From a bacterium (GTDB lineage Bacteria > Patescibacteriota > Patescibacteriia > UBA9570), in NCBI GenBank assembly GCA_030698395.1, contig JAUYKW010000025.1, positions 4,179-68,178 of the forward strand: DNA of 64,000 nucleotides, given 5' to 3'. The translations under genes and the position numbers were made by a program. The notes beneath the pieces are model-generated. The model was not told the origin of the DNA and did no database searches. It worked only from the letters and a program-made list of their open reading frames with translations. Positions 10,643-21,524 of this stretch are shown here, one piece after another (position 1 is the stretch's first letter; every line of letters begins with the position of its first letter).

Positions 10643-11345
10643 AGTAGCAGACTATCATAAAGATTTTAGTGCTTTAGAAAAAAAACTTGGAATCAAATTC
10701 AAAAATCTAGACCTTATCACTCAGGCATTTGTTCATCGTTCTTATTTAAACGAAAATAGAAATTTTCCAACCGGACATAACGAACGACTAGAATTTTTAG
10801 GAGATGCAGTTTTAGAACTAGTTGTTACAAAATATCTATTTGATCATTATGATAATCCAGAAGGTGAGCTAACTAATTGGCGAGCTAGTTTAGTTAACTC
10901 CCATATGTTATCAACATTGTCTATTGAATTAGAGGTTGAACAATATCTCTATTTATCTCGAGGTGAACAAAAAGATAGCACTGGAAAAGCTAGGGCTAAA
11001 ATTTTAGCAAATTCATTTGAATCTTTAATTGGTGCTATTTACCAAGAAAATGGCTATGAAGCCTGCGATAAAATTATCACGAATTTATTACTTAGCAAGC
11101 TAGATCATATTCTAGAAAATAAACTTTATTTAGATCCAAAAACATACTTCCAAGAAATTTCTCAAGAAAAGGTATCTATTACTCCTACATATAAAGTAGT
11201 TCATGAAGAAGGCCCTGATCATGATAAACAATTTACAGTTGCTGTATTTCTAGGACAAGAAAAAATAGCAGAAGGCTATGGATCATCAAAACAAGAAGGG
11301 CAGGTGAATGCCGCAACAAAAGCAATTGAAACAAAAGGCTGGTAA
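10635..11345 (+). CDS. rnc: ribonuclease III
   Basis: [15 protein letters not shown] RNase III signature plus a C-terminal dsRBD. Start at MNKVADY overlaps the nusB stop by 8 nt. Confidence 0.9.
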   Translation: MNKVADYHKDFSALEKKLGIKFKNLDLITQAFVHRSYLNENRNFPTGHNERLEFLGDAVLELVVTKYLFDHYDNPEGELTNWRASLVNSHMLSTLSIELEVEQYLYLSRGEQKDSTGKARAKILANSFESLIGAIYQENGYEACDKIITNLLLSKLDHILENKLYLDPKTYFQEISQEKVSITPTYKVVHEEGPDHDKQFTVAVFLGQEKIAEGYGSSKQEGQVNAATKAIETKGW

Positions 11346-14044
11346 TGTATTTGGATAAGATTGTAATTAACGGTTTTAAATCTTTCGCAGAATCAACTGA
11401 GTTCAAATTTAGGCACCCTTTTGTAGCCATCGTAGGACCCAATGGTTCTGGAAAAACAAATGTTGCCGATGCTATGAGATGGGTTATGGGAGAACAGGCT
11501 CTTAAGCTAATTCGCATAAAAAAATCAACAGATGCAATATTTGCTGGATCCACAAACCGTGGTCGTCTAGGAATGGCTCAAGTTGATTTACATCTCAGCA
11601 ATCATGATGGACGCCTAAATATAGATTATCCAGAAGTTGTTATTACTCGACGCATCACCCGAGATGGTGAAACTGAATACTTCATCAACAAAAATAAATC
11701 TCGTTTACAAGACATCCTAATGTTGCTAGCTCAAGCAAACTTCGGCCAAAAAAGTTATGGTGTAATTGGGCAAGGCATGATTACAGATATTCTAAATGCA
11801 AACCCACAAGATAGAAAAGAATTTTTCGATGAAGCAACTGGCGTAAAAGAATTCCAGATGAAACGCGATCAATCAATAAATAAATTAATTCGTACAGAAC
11901 AAAACTTAGTGCGGGTTGAGGATTTATTGAATGAAATAGAACCAAGACTAAATTCTCTAATTCGACAAGTAAAAAAATTAGAAAAACGCAAAGAGGTTGA
12001 AGAAAAATTATCTATCATCCATATTCAGTATTATGGTTCATCTTTAGTAAACATAAATACTCAGCTGAAAGAATTATCAGATAGATTTACAGACGTCCAA
12101 TCTCAAAAAGAAATTACCAAAAATAAATTATCAGTAATCGAAGAAGAAATTGACATCATTGGCAAAGAAGAATCTCGCACTGAATTATATCAACGCATTC
12201 AAAATGAATATAGTGATATTATTGCTCAAAAAAATGAACTACTAAAGCAACAAGCTGTGTTAAAAGGTCGTTTAGAAGTAGAACATGAACGCACTGGAGA
12301 AATTGACTTGCTATGGATGCAGAGAAGAGCAGATGAGATTGTATCGCGGATAGATTCTACAAATACAGAGATTACTACTCTAGAACAATCAATTCAACAT
12401 CAAGAAGGACAACTTGAAAAAGTATACAAATCTCAAACAGAAATTGATGAAAGCTTTAAAGAGCTAGAAGATAAAATTGATGCTGCCCAAAAAGAATTAA
12501 CTAAGATGTCCGAAATATTATCTGTGCCCGAAATTAAACACCGTCTTGATGAATTATTTTCTGATCAAGAACAATTCCTGCGAGATATGCTAAGAACGTC
12601 ATCTTTAGATGAATTTAAGCAAATAAAAGAACAAGCAAAAGTAATTACCACTAAACTAGCTGAATTACTCGATGAATTACATGAGGAACGAGATGACGAA
12701 TTAACCCTCAAACAAAAAGAAATCAATTCAATTCAAGAAAGATTACAAAGCACTACACAACTAAAAGAAAAACTATTTGTTGATAGCACCGAATTAGTAG
12801 TAGCAATAAAGTCAAAACAAGAAAAGATTAGTCTCTTACAACAAAACTCAGCATCACTGACAAAAGAAAAAAATAGTATTACAAATGATATTAAACAAAA
12901 ACAAAATAACGCAACTACAAAAGAAAAAAGCTCAGCTCAATTAAAAGCTATCCAAAAGGAAGTTGCATCATTCGAAAAACAATTATCCGGTATTGAAGAA
13001 AAGCTAGCACTAAAAAAAGCATCACTAGACCAATTTAATCAATCAGAAGAAGTTAAAAAAAGACGATTACTTGAATTACAAACTGATGCTAGAAAAATTC
13101 AAATTGAATTAAACCAAATCACAAATAAAGCTCAGTCCATAGAAATTGAGGTGGTTAAATTGCAGACCAAAAAAGAAGATGTAAAAGAGGAAATCAGCCG
13201 AGAAGTATCAGCAGTCACTCAGCAAAAAATAGAGAAGTGGCAAGAAGTAAGACAAGATCAAGATCAATTACTAATTCAAATTGAACGATATAAACATCAA
13301 TTAGAACTAATTGGTGGTATAGATCCAGATATTGTTGTTGAACATGATAATACAAAAAATAGATTTGAATTTTTAAAAAAACAATCAACTGATCTCCGTA
13401 ATACTATTGATTCTCTAGAAGATATAATTGATGAACTTGATACAACAATAAAAATACAATTCAATAAATCATTCAAAGCCATAGCAACAAGTTTTAATAA
13501 ATATTTCAAATTAATTTTTGAAGGTGGTGAAGCAAAATTAAATATTGTAACTGAATCTGATCTTGAAAAAGAAAAATCGGAAGAAACACCAATCAATCCT
13601 ACTGATATTACCAATCCAGAAGAAACCCAAGAAGACCCAATAATTGAATCACTTGGCAAACGTAAGAAAAAACAACGCGTAATTACCGGCATTGATATAA
13701 TTGCCCAGCCAAAAGATAAAAAACTTCAATCAGTTCACGCACTATCTGGTGGAGAGAAATCCATGACTGCCATCGCATTGATTTGTGCAATCATCGATGC
13801 AAATACACCTCCCTTCGTTGTATTAGATGAAGTTGAAGCTGCCTTAGATGAATCAAATTCAGAAAAATTTTCAACAATCATAAAACATCTTTCGAAAAAA
13901 ACTCAATTCATTATTATTACCCATAATCGAGCAACCATGAATAAGGCAGATGTATTATTTGGCGTCACCATGGCCAAAGATGGCACTAGTCATATTCTTT
14001 CAGTTAAAATGACTGAGGCTGAAGAAATGCTTGATAAAGAATAA
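11345..14044 (+). CDS. smc: SMC-family chromosome segregation ATPase (short, 899 aa; no obvious hinge)
   Basis: N-terminal FKSF..VAIVGPNGSGKTNVADAMRWVMGEQ, long coiled coils, C-terminal LSGGEKSMTAIAL..VLDEVEAALD. Classic rnc-smc linkage. Confidence 0.8.
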   Translation: MYLDKIVINGFKSFAESTEFKFRHPFVAIVGPNGSGKTNVADAMRWVMGEQALKLIRIKKSTDAIFAGSTNRGRLGMAQVDLHLSNHDGRLNIDYPEVVITRRITRDGETEYFINKNKSRLQDILMLLAQANFGQKSYGVIGQGMITDILNANPQDRKEFFDEATGVKEFQMKRDQSINKLIRTEQNLVRVEDLLNEIEPRLNSLIRQVKKLEKRKEVEEKLSIIHIQYYGSSLVNINTQLKELSDRFTDVQSQKEITKNKLSVIEEEIDIIGKEESRTELYQRIQNEYSDIIAQKNELLKQQAVLKGRLEVEHERTGEIDLLWMQRRADEIVSRIDSTNTEITTLEQSIQHQEGQLEKVYKSQTEIDESFKELEDKIDAAQKELTKMSEILSVPEIKHRLDELFSDQEQFLRDMLRTSSLDEFKQIKEQAKVITTKLAELLDELHEERDDELTLKQKEINSIQERLQSTTQLKEKLFVDSTELVVAIKSKQEKISLLQQNSASLTKEKNSITNDIKQKQNNATTKEKSSAQLKAIQKEVASFEKQLSGIEEKLALKKASLDQFNQSEEVKKRRLLELQTDARKIQIELNQITNKAQSIEIEVVKLQTKKEDVKEEISREVSAVTQQKIEKWQEVRQDQDQLLIQIERYKHQLELIGGIDPDIVVEHDNTKNRFEFLKKQSTDLRNTIDSLEDIIDELDTTIKIQFNKSFKAIATSFNKYFKLIFEGGEAKLNIVTESDLEKEKSEETPINPTDITNPEETQEDPIIESLGKRKKKQRVITGIDIIAQPKDKKLQSVHALSGGEKSMTAIALICAIIDANTPPFVVLDEVEAALDESNSEKFSTIIKHLSKKTQFIIITHNRATMNKADVLFGVTMAKDGTSHILSVKMTEAEEMLDKE

Positions 14045-14052
14045 GTAGCAGC

Positions 14053-14850
14053 CTAAACCACGTCAGGCGTAGACTTCTTAGGATCGCTTTTATGCGATTC
14101 TTTTTTATGCGATGGTTTTTGCAACAAAGTATATAACAACATAGTAAATACTGTGGTAAAGCTACTGAAAACCACGCTAATAACCATGCCTAAAGCTACA
14201 AACCCAAAAACATCTGGTAGAGATGTAATAATTAGTAAGGATATTGCACCTACTATCAGCTGAGTTAAAACTAAATAAGAAAAAACTGTCCACCAATTTT
14301 CTCGGACAACTTTCCAACTTTTTTTCATTGCCTGAAGTGGCGTGGCATTTTCCCAAACAAGAATAGGTAATACAAATGCAAACATAATAGAAAATATAAT
14401 TCCCGGAATAAAAAATAAACCATATCCAATCAAAACAATGATATTTGTAATCAGCACAACAACCATTGCTTTGGGATAAAATGGTAAGGCCTCAGACAAC
14501 AAATGTTTAATTGTAGCTTTTTTATTAAAGTAAGCATGTTTCATTGTTATCAAGATAGCCACAGCTGCATATATAATCACTATTTCACCCACTAGCTGAA
14601 TACCTAAATTTAATAAATATGCAGGCTCCATAACTAAAGCAAAGACTTCATTTAAGCTAGATAATTGACTTTTAAATAGTTCTCTTGGTGTTGTCCAATC
14701 AACTAAAAGATAAACTGGGATAGCAACTACTAAATTAGCTAATAATACTACCTCAAAAAGGTTTAAATATTGCCTCCACGCTAGTCGCAGAAGGATAGAA
14801 TAAGTAGGAATTGGCTTCATATAGCTAATAGTATAACTTATTGACAGCAA
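14053..14850 (-). CDS. polytopic membrane protein, function unknown
   Basis: 265-aa hydrophobic ORF; architecture resembles the 487-1482 product. Confidence 0.45.
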   Translation of the reverse strand: MLSISYTISYMKPIPTYSILLRLAWRQYLNLFEVVLLANLVVAIPVYLLVDWTTPRELFKSQLSSLNEVFALVMEPAYLLNLGIQLVGEIVIIYAAVAILITMKHAYFNKKATIKHLLSEALPFYPKAMVVVLITNIIVLIGYGLFFIPGIIFSIMFAFVLPILVWENATPLQAMKKSWKVVRENWWTVFSYLVLTQLIVGAISLLIITSLPDVFGFVALGMVISVVFSSFTTVFTMLLYTLLQKPSHKKESHKSDPKKSTPDVV

Positions 14851-14933
14851 ATAGCATATTGGCTATGATTGCTGAGCTATCGCTAAATACTCAAATATAG
14901 CAACCTAGATTAATCTAAAATAATTGAAAAGCA

Positions 14934-15308
14934 ATGTTAACTATTCGTTTAGCACGTAAAGGTAGAAAAAAGAGACCAACCTACCGTATCGTATTACAAG
15001 AGAGAGAATGGGCACCATCTTCTAAAGTAATTGAAAATCTTGGTCATATGAATCCTCATACAGACCCCTCCACTGTAGTACTTGAAGAAGAAAGAATTAA
15101 ATACTGGATAGATCAAGGCGCTCAAACATCAAGTACTGTTCATAACATACTTGTAACTGCCGGAGTAATTACTGAACCAAAAAGAAGATCTGTTTTTGGT
15201 AAGAAAAAAGGTGGTGAAGAGAATTCAGAAGAAGCTACTAAAGAAAAACCTGCTGAAGAACCTAAAAAAGAGGAAGAAAAGGCCGAAACTGAAGCCACGG
15301 CATCTTAG
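14934..15308 (+). CDS. rpsP: 30S ribosomal protein S16 with acidic/Lys-rich C-terminal extension
   Basis: MLTIRLARKGRKKRPTYRIV N-terminus. Confidence 0.9.
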   Translation: MLTIRLARKGRKKRPTYRIVLQEREWAPSSKVIENLGHMNPHTDPSTVVLEEERIKYWIDQGAQTSSTVHNILVTAGVITEPKRRSVFGKKKGGEENSEEATKEKPAEEPKKEEEKAETEATAS

Positions 15309-15380
15309 AGTATTGACCAAACAAGTGCTCTAATATAAAATTATTAGTACATTGCAAATTAATAAGTTAATGCAACAGAT

Positions 15381-15725
15381 ATGGAAAAAGATCAAGAATT
15401 TGTTGAGTACGTTGTAAAAGCGCTGGTTGATAAACCAGAAGCTGTTACATCAGAGCGAACAGTCGACGAAATGGGTGTGTTAATCACACTTAAAGTTGAT
15501 TCAGCTGATCTCGGACAAGTTATTGGAAGACAAGGGCAAACTGCCAAGTCTATCCGTACACTTCTACGAGTAGTCGGAGCTAAGAATCACGCTCGAGTAA
15601 ACCTCAAGATCTACGAACCAGAAAAAATGGGTGGTCAACCAAGAGGTGGATCATCAACACCAACTACTTCTGCACCTGCAGCAGAAGAAGAAGTTGACAT
15701 CAGCGCAGTTGATCTCGACTTATAA
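15381..15725 (+). CDS. KH-domain RNA-binding protein (YlqC/UPF0109-like)
   Basis: VIGRQGQTAKSIRTLL KH motif; conserved position after rpsP. Confidence 0.8.
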   Translation: MEKDQEFVEYVVKALVDKPEAVTSERTVDEMGVLITLKVDSADLGQVIGRQGQTAKSIRTLLRVVGAKNHARVNLKIYEPEKMGGQPRGGSSTPTTSAPAAEEEVDISAVDLDL

Positions 15726-15750
15726 ATCTAGATAAAAAAAGAAAAAGCCC

Positions 15751-15783
15751 TGCTTAATAAAGTAGGGTTTTTTTGATTAAACT
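15751..15783 (+). terminator. intrinsic terminator after the rpsP-KH pair
   Basis: gccctgctt..agtagggt hairpin followed by TTTTTTT. Confidence 0.6.
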
Positions 15784-15928
15784 TTATTATTGCATATACA
15801 CATACTATTTGGCTAAAATTAGCCATTTTTTTTGTATATAATCAACTTTTACCATTGACAAAATAGCCTTTTTCCGATAGTCTGTTCGGTCGGTGTTTTA
15901 AATGCGCCGTTTTTATTTTCCAAAAATA

Positions 15929-16537
15929 ATGAAAAAAATCATATTACCAATATACAGATTAGCTCTGTTCTCTCGCTTAATGCCAGCCAAGCTACCCCGT
16001 ATTGATATCTATAAATTATTTACACAATTATTAATTGGCATCCTTCTAATTGGTAGTATGAGTCCAGCTTTATACGCTCAAGAAACCACACCTCTTAATA
16101 CATCAGAGCCAACAACTAAAACTTCTGGATCATATCTATCACAAAATGGATATGTAGATGGACGAATTACAAATATACAGTTAGGAACTCGATATTGGGT
16201 ATCATCTACTCATCGCCTTAGTCGTGGATTTACGAGCGGTCATAAAGCACTTGATGTAGATGGTGAATTTCATGATCCTATTTATGCTATGACAGATGGT
16301 GAAGTTATTGAAATCACTACTAGTGGACCTTATGGTAATAAGATAGTAATTGCTCACCCCGGAAATACAACTACCCTCTATGCTCATCTTCAAACTATTG
16401 ATGTTGTAAATGATCAAACTATATCTGGTGGGCAATTCATTGGCACCATGGGCAGCACTGGTCGATCCACTGGTTCACACTTGCACTTTGAAGTTCGTGA
16501 TAACGGTCAACTAATTGATCCAGCAACTTTGTTTTAA
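15929..16537 (+). CDS. M23 family metallopeptidase (in the position usually occupied by rimM)
   Basis: HKALDV...D, YAHL, GSHLHFEV M23 motifs. N-terminal signal/TM. The ORF could start at 15902. Confidence 0.85.
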   Translation: MKKIILPIYRLALFSRLMPAKLPRIDIYKLFTQLLIGILLIGSMSPALYAQETTPLNTSEPTTKTSGSYLSQNGYVDGRITNIQLGTRYWVSSTHRLSRGFTSGHKALDVDGEFHDPIYAMTDGEVIEITTSGPYGNKIVIAHPGNTTTLYAHLQTIDVVNDQTISGGQFIGTMGSTGRSTGSHLHFEVRDNGQLIDPATLF

Positions 16538-16600
16538 TATAATAAATATAGGAACATAGTGTGTTGCATCCCTATATTTTTGTTTGACATCAATTATAAT

Positions 16601-16640
16601 ACGTAGAGACAGGTCGCGACCTGTCTCTACGTATTTTTTT
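16601..16640 (+). terminator. perfect 32-nt palindrome acgtagagacagGTCGCGACctgtctctacgt + T-run
   Basis: Seen directly in the sequence; same GTCGCGAC-core family as 9262. Confidence 0.75.
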
Positions 16641-16682
16641 AATCATTGACATTGTCACAACACTTGTGCCAATCTAATCAAT

Positions 16683-17348
16683 ATGAGATTTGATATATTA
16701 ACAATTTTTCCAAATATACTAGACTCCTATATTAAAGAGTCCATCCTTAAAATTGCGCAAGCAAAAGAAAAGATAAAAATTAATACATACGACATTCGAG
16801 AATTTACCAAAGATAAACATAAAAAAATTGACGACACTCCTTATGGTGGAGGACCCGGAATGGTGATGATGGTACAGCCAATTTATGATTGTCTGAAAAG
16901 TATTCCTCGCATGGAAAGATCTCGCATTATTATGTTAGATCCCGCTGGCCCAGAATACACTCAAAAAACAGCTGCTTCCTATAGCAAAGTATTCGACCAA
17001 ATAATTCTAATCTGTGGGCGTTATGAAGGTTTTGATGATCGTGTTCACAAACTAGTAGATGAACGATTATCTATTGGTAAATACATTCTTAGTGGTGGCG
17101 AACTACCAGCTCTAATTATCGTAGAATCTGTCACCAGATTACTGCCCGGAGTTCTAGGCGATGCTGAATCAATAGTTGAAGAAACATACTCGGAAAATCT
17201 TGATTACGTAGAATATCCACAATATACTCGTCCTGCAACATTTAAAACAGATGGGGGCAAGGAATGGAACGTACCCAATGTCTTACAATCAGGTGATCAT
17301 GGAAAAATTGATAAATGGCGCGAAGAAAATCATAGAAAAAATGATTAA
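16683..17348 (+). CDS. trmD: tRNA (guanine37-N1)-methyltransferase
   Basis: MRFDILTIFP, GGGPGMVM, ILICGRYEGFDDR, SGGELPA motifs. Confidence 0.92.
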   Translation: MRFDILTIFPNILDSYIKESILKIAQAKEKIKINTYDIREFTKDKHKKIDDTPYGGGPGMVMMVQPIYDCLKSIPRMERSRIIMLDPAGPEYTQKTAASYSKVFDQIILICGRYEGFDDRVHKLVDERLSIGKYILSGGELPALIIVESVTRLLPGVLGDAESIVEETYSENLDYVEYPQYTRPATFKTDGGKEWNVPNVLQSGDHGKIDKWREENHRKND

Positions 17349-17366
17349 AATTTGTGTAAATATATA

Positions 17367-17400
17367 ATAGTAGGGTCATGCCCTGGTATGACCCTACTAT
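17367..17400. terminator. bidirectional hairpin terminator (tagtagggtcat..atgaccctacta) between convergent genes
   Basis: 12-bp stem; lies between the trmD stop (17348) and the minus-strand gene end (17411). Confidence 0.6.
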
Positions 17401-17410
17401 TTATCGAATA

Positions 17411-18583
17411 TTAAATTCCTAATTGTCTCTTCTTAGCGGCAACGGCTTGTTCTAATATTCCTAAAGTTAATCTATCACCTACATTCTGTACCCGCCGGGC
17501 AGGATGAAAAAATTGTTGCAAATCATCTGCTGTCATGTGATAACGGTCGAACCATTCTGGATTTTTCGCCAATATATTTATTAACGTTTCCTGATAAGTA
17601 TGAATCTGCTTCGGAATAATGATTGTTTTTCCATGAATATTTACCGACCTCTTATGCTGTAGCCCTTTTCCTGCGCGACCGATTTTTTTTATCTCTGGAT
17701 GATACTGAATCGCCCAACAAGTTTCTCCAGCTTTATACGCCACCACTTCATTGGTTAAACGATCTCTGGCTAATATTTGAATGTTTTTTGCCGGCCGATC
17801 TTTAATTAAATCTGCACCGTATATACGATAATGATTAAAAGACTCCACTGCAAAAGCTGGCGCTAGCTCGGAAAAAACCTCATCTCGTTTTCCTAAATCT
17901 GTAAGATCTACCACCTGAGTACCTACATGAAACATTCCTTCTTGCGGAGGTGGCACATGCTGACCCCGTTTAATGCCTATACACAAAACCTGATCAGCGA
18001 TAACTTGATAACTCATACAAACAGCTAGAACATATATCTCTTGCTGTAATACCCTACTCATAAATTGGGCAATCGGCCTATAAAACGGTTCATCAGATCT
18101 TCCTTCCCCACCACTCATGATAATTAAAACCTTCTTATCCAGATCTGAGTTCATTAACTTCTGATCATCTGCTGTCATTACACCATTGTTTGATATATAT
18201 ACTCGTGGCCATGGATAATCTTTCCAATTTTGTTTCGATCCAGACAAGCCAATTACCTCTACAAAATTATCTTTTCTAATCTTAGGATGAATTGATTTTG
18301 TTAAAGCTTCACTCGTTCGTAAGGATCTACCATAAATTCTAATCTCACCTCCAGTAGATTTTTGCTTTAATCTGATTTCTCGTAAATCATCTAATATTTT
18401 TTGAACGCGTTTTAAATCTGCTTCATGTTCTGCGTCGTCTGCTTTATTACAAATAGATTTAAAATCATCAACCGTAAGATAAAGATGTTTATCTCTACCA
18501 TATTCACTAAATACTGCTGGAAATTTTTCTTGATATTGAGTTGCCATAAATAAATATGTTGTTGGACCCTTTCTGGCCATCAA
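17411..18583 (-). CDS. class I glutamine amidotransferase-like domain protein with uncharacterised N- and C-terminal extensions
   Basis: Central region has a Cys (VLAVCMSYQ), His and QYHPE triad arrangement as in GATase1. About 140 aa at the N-terminus and 90 aa at the C-terminus have no recognisable similarity. Confidence 0.5.
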   Translation of the reverse strand: MMARKGPTTYLFMATQYQEKFPAVFSEYGRDKHLYLTVDDFKSICNKADDAEHEADLKRVQKILDDLREIRLKQKSTGGEIRIYGRSLRTSEALTKSIHPKIRKDNFVEVIGLSGSKQNWKDYPWPRVYISNNGVMTADDQKLMNSDLDKKVLIIMSGGEGRSDEPFYRPIAQFMSRVLQQEIYVLAVCMSYQVIADQVLCIGIKRGQHVPPPQEGMFHVGTQVVDLTDLGKRDEVFSELAPAFAVESFNHYRIYGADLIKDRPAKNIQILARDRLTNEVVAYKAGETCWAIQYHPEIKKIGRAGKGLQHKRSVNIHGKTIIIPKQIHTYQETLINILAKNPEWFDRYHMTADDLQQFFHPARRVQNVGDRLTLGILEQAVAAKKRQLGI

Positions 18584-18782
18584 TCACCTCGTCAAAATCA
18601 CTCTGAAATGAATGTTATTCTTTTTTCTCCCAGTTTCATTGAAACAAAAGTAATTCGAAAGTTATGTTAGCAATATATTTTATATATGACAAACAAAATA
18701 AACCCTATATTTATTGATGATTTATTAATTTTTACCAACATCTTACTTGTGGACAGCTTGTGTACCGACAAAAACCCCTTCC

Positions 18783-18811
18783 TTGACACATATATGAGCA
18801 TTCTGTAGAAT
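18783..18811 (+). promoter_or_regulatory. sigma70-type rRNA promoter (TTGACA-17nt-TAGAAT)
   Basis: Consensus -35 and -10 hexamers with a 17-nt spacer, about 290 nt upstream of the 16S start. Confidence 0.6.
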
Positions 18812-19107
18812 ATGAAAGCTCAAATATTGGGAAAAATTGACAATCTAAACCCCAAAAAAACACTGAGATCGACATCGTTGCTGATGTAAAGGAGTCGGTC
18901 TCAGGATTTTTATTTCGCAAGATTGAAATTGCATCCCTGTGAACTTTTACAACTGAATCGTGATAAGGATTCACCACGGCTCTATGGTTCAATTGAAGGA
19001 ACTATCAGAGTCCGTAATCCAACAATTCTTCTAACAAAAAAAATCCGGATAGTTAAACACTATCCAAAACACAACCAGCTCCCGATGCTACTTTGTAGCA
19101 AAGGGAT

Positions 19108-20597
<1,490 letters not shown>

Positions 20598-20718
20598 TAA
20601 GGAGTATTACGGTGTACAAATCCTGATTTATTTCAGGAAACACTAGTCGTTCGTTCAGTTTGATCTTCAAACTGTTCGAAGGTGAATTCCTTATCACAAT
20701 TCAGTCGTAAATAAAAAA

Positions 20719-20745
20719 ATCTCGGGTCAAACCGAGATTTTTTAT
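20719..20745. terminator. hairpin terminator (atctcgg..ccgagat) flanked by A- and T-runs, ~120 nt after the 16S 3' end
   Basis: Seen in the sequence; a convergent protein gene follows instead of a 23S gene. Confidence 0.7.
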
Positions 20746-20754
20746 TATCTATAT

Positions 20755-21501
20755 TTAGATTAAACTCTCTGCTAGAGTGCGAAAATAGCGTCGCTTAAAA
20801 TTACTCCTATATTTTCTTGAATATACTGATCGTACCTTTAACTTATACCTACTATCCCCCTTTAAACCAGTTATTGTAACTCCCGTTTTATCTTTACGTA
20901 ATCCTTTTTTTACATTCTTCGAAAACACAACTTTATTCTTCTTCTTTACCACAACTTTATAATGGGTTAGCAAGCGACTTCTTTTTACATTCTTCCACGA
21001 TGCATAAACTGAATTAGTTTTTTTGTTACTTACATTAATTTCATTCGGACGTTTTGGAGAAGTTCGAAATGATTTATAGAGAGACCAACTTGTTGTTTCA
21101 CCATCTGTAGCTACAGCTCTCACTTTAAATTTATAAGATCTATTTCTTTGCAAATCCTGAATTGATATACGTTTTCGTTCTGTTGTAATTCCTGTCCACT
21201 CCTGAACTAACGCTCCATTTATCCGGCGCAATTGGACTTCATAATAATCTAATTGATCACCTGATTCACAGCCTGTAAAACTAGTTTGATTCCAGCGCAA
21301 GGCAATTTTGTTCTTTAAGTTTGATTTTGTTAAACGCTTTGCATTTAATCCTGATACGTCATTTGCAGTACATGCTACATAACCATATCCATAGCCAGCA
21401 TAAACACCATATGAACCAAATATAACAGGTGCGAGCATTAAGGATAATACCACAACTACTAGTGATAAAATACTGATATTCTTTTTCTGCTCTTCTCTCA
21501 T
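20755..21501 (-). CDS. secreted/membrane-anchored protein with FN3-like repeats and a Lys/Arg-rich C-terminal tail
   Basis: N-terminal TM/signal; YKFKVRAV..TSW-type FN3 pattern; basic tail. Confidence 0.5.
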   Translation of the reverse strand: MREEQKKNISILSLVVVVLSLMLAPVIFGSYGVYAGYGYGYVACTANDVSGLNAKRLTKSNLKNKIALRWNQTSFTGCESGDQLDYYEVQLRRINGALVQEWTGITTERKRISIQDLQRNRSYKFKVRAVATDGETTSWSLYKSFRTSPKRPNEINVSNKKTNSVYASWKNVKRSRLLTHYKVVVKKKNKVVFSKNVKKGLRKDKTGVTITGLKGDSRYKLKVRSVYSRKYRSNFKRRYFRTLAESLI

Positions 21502-21524
21502 AACATAACTAGCCTACCAAATTA

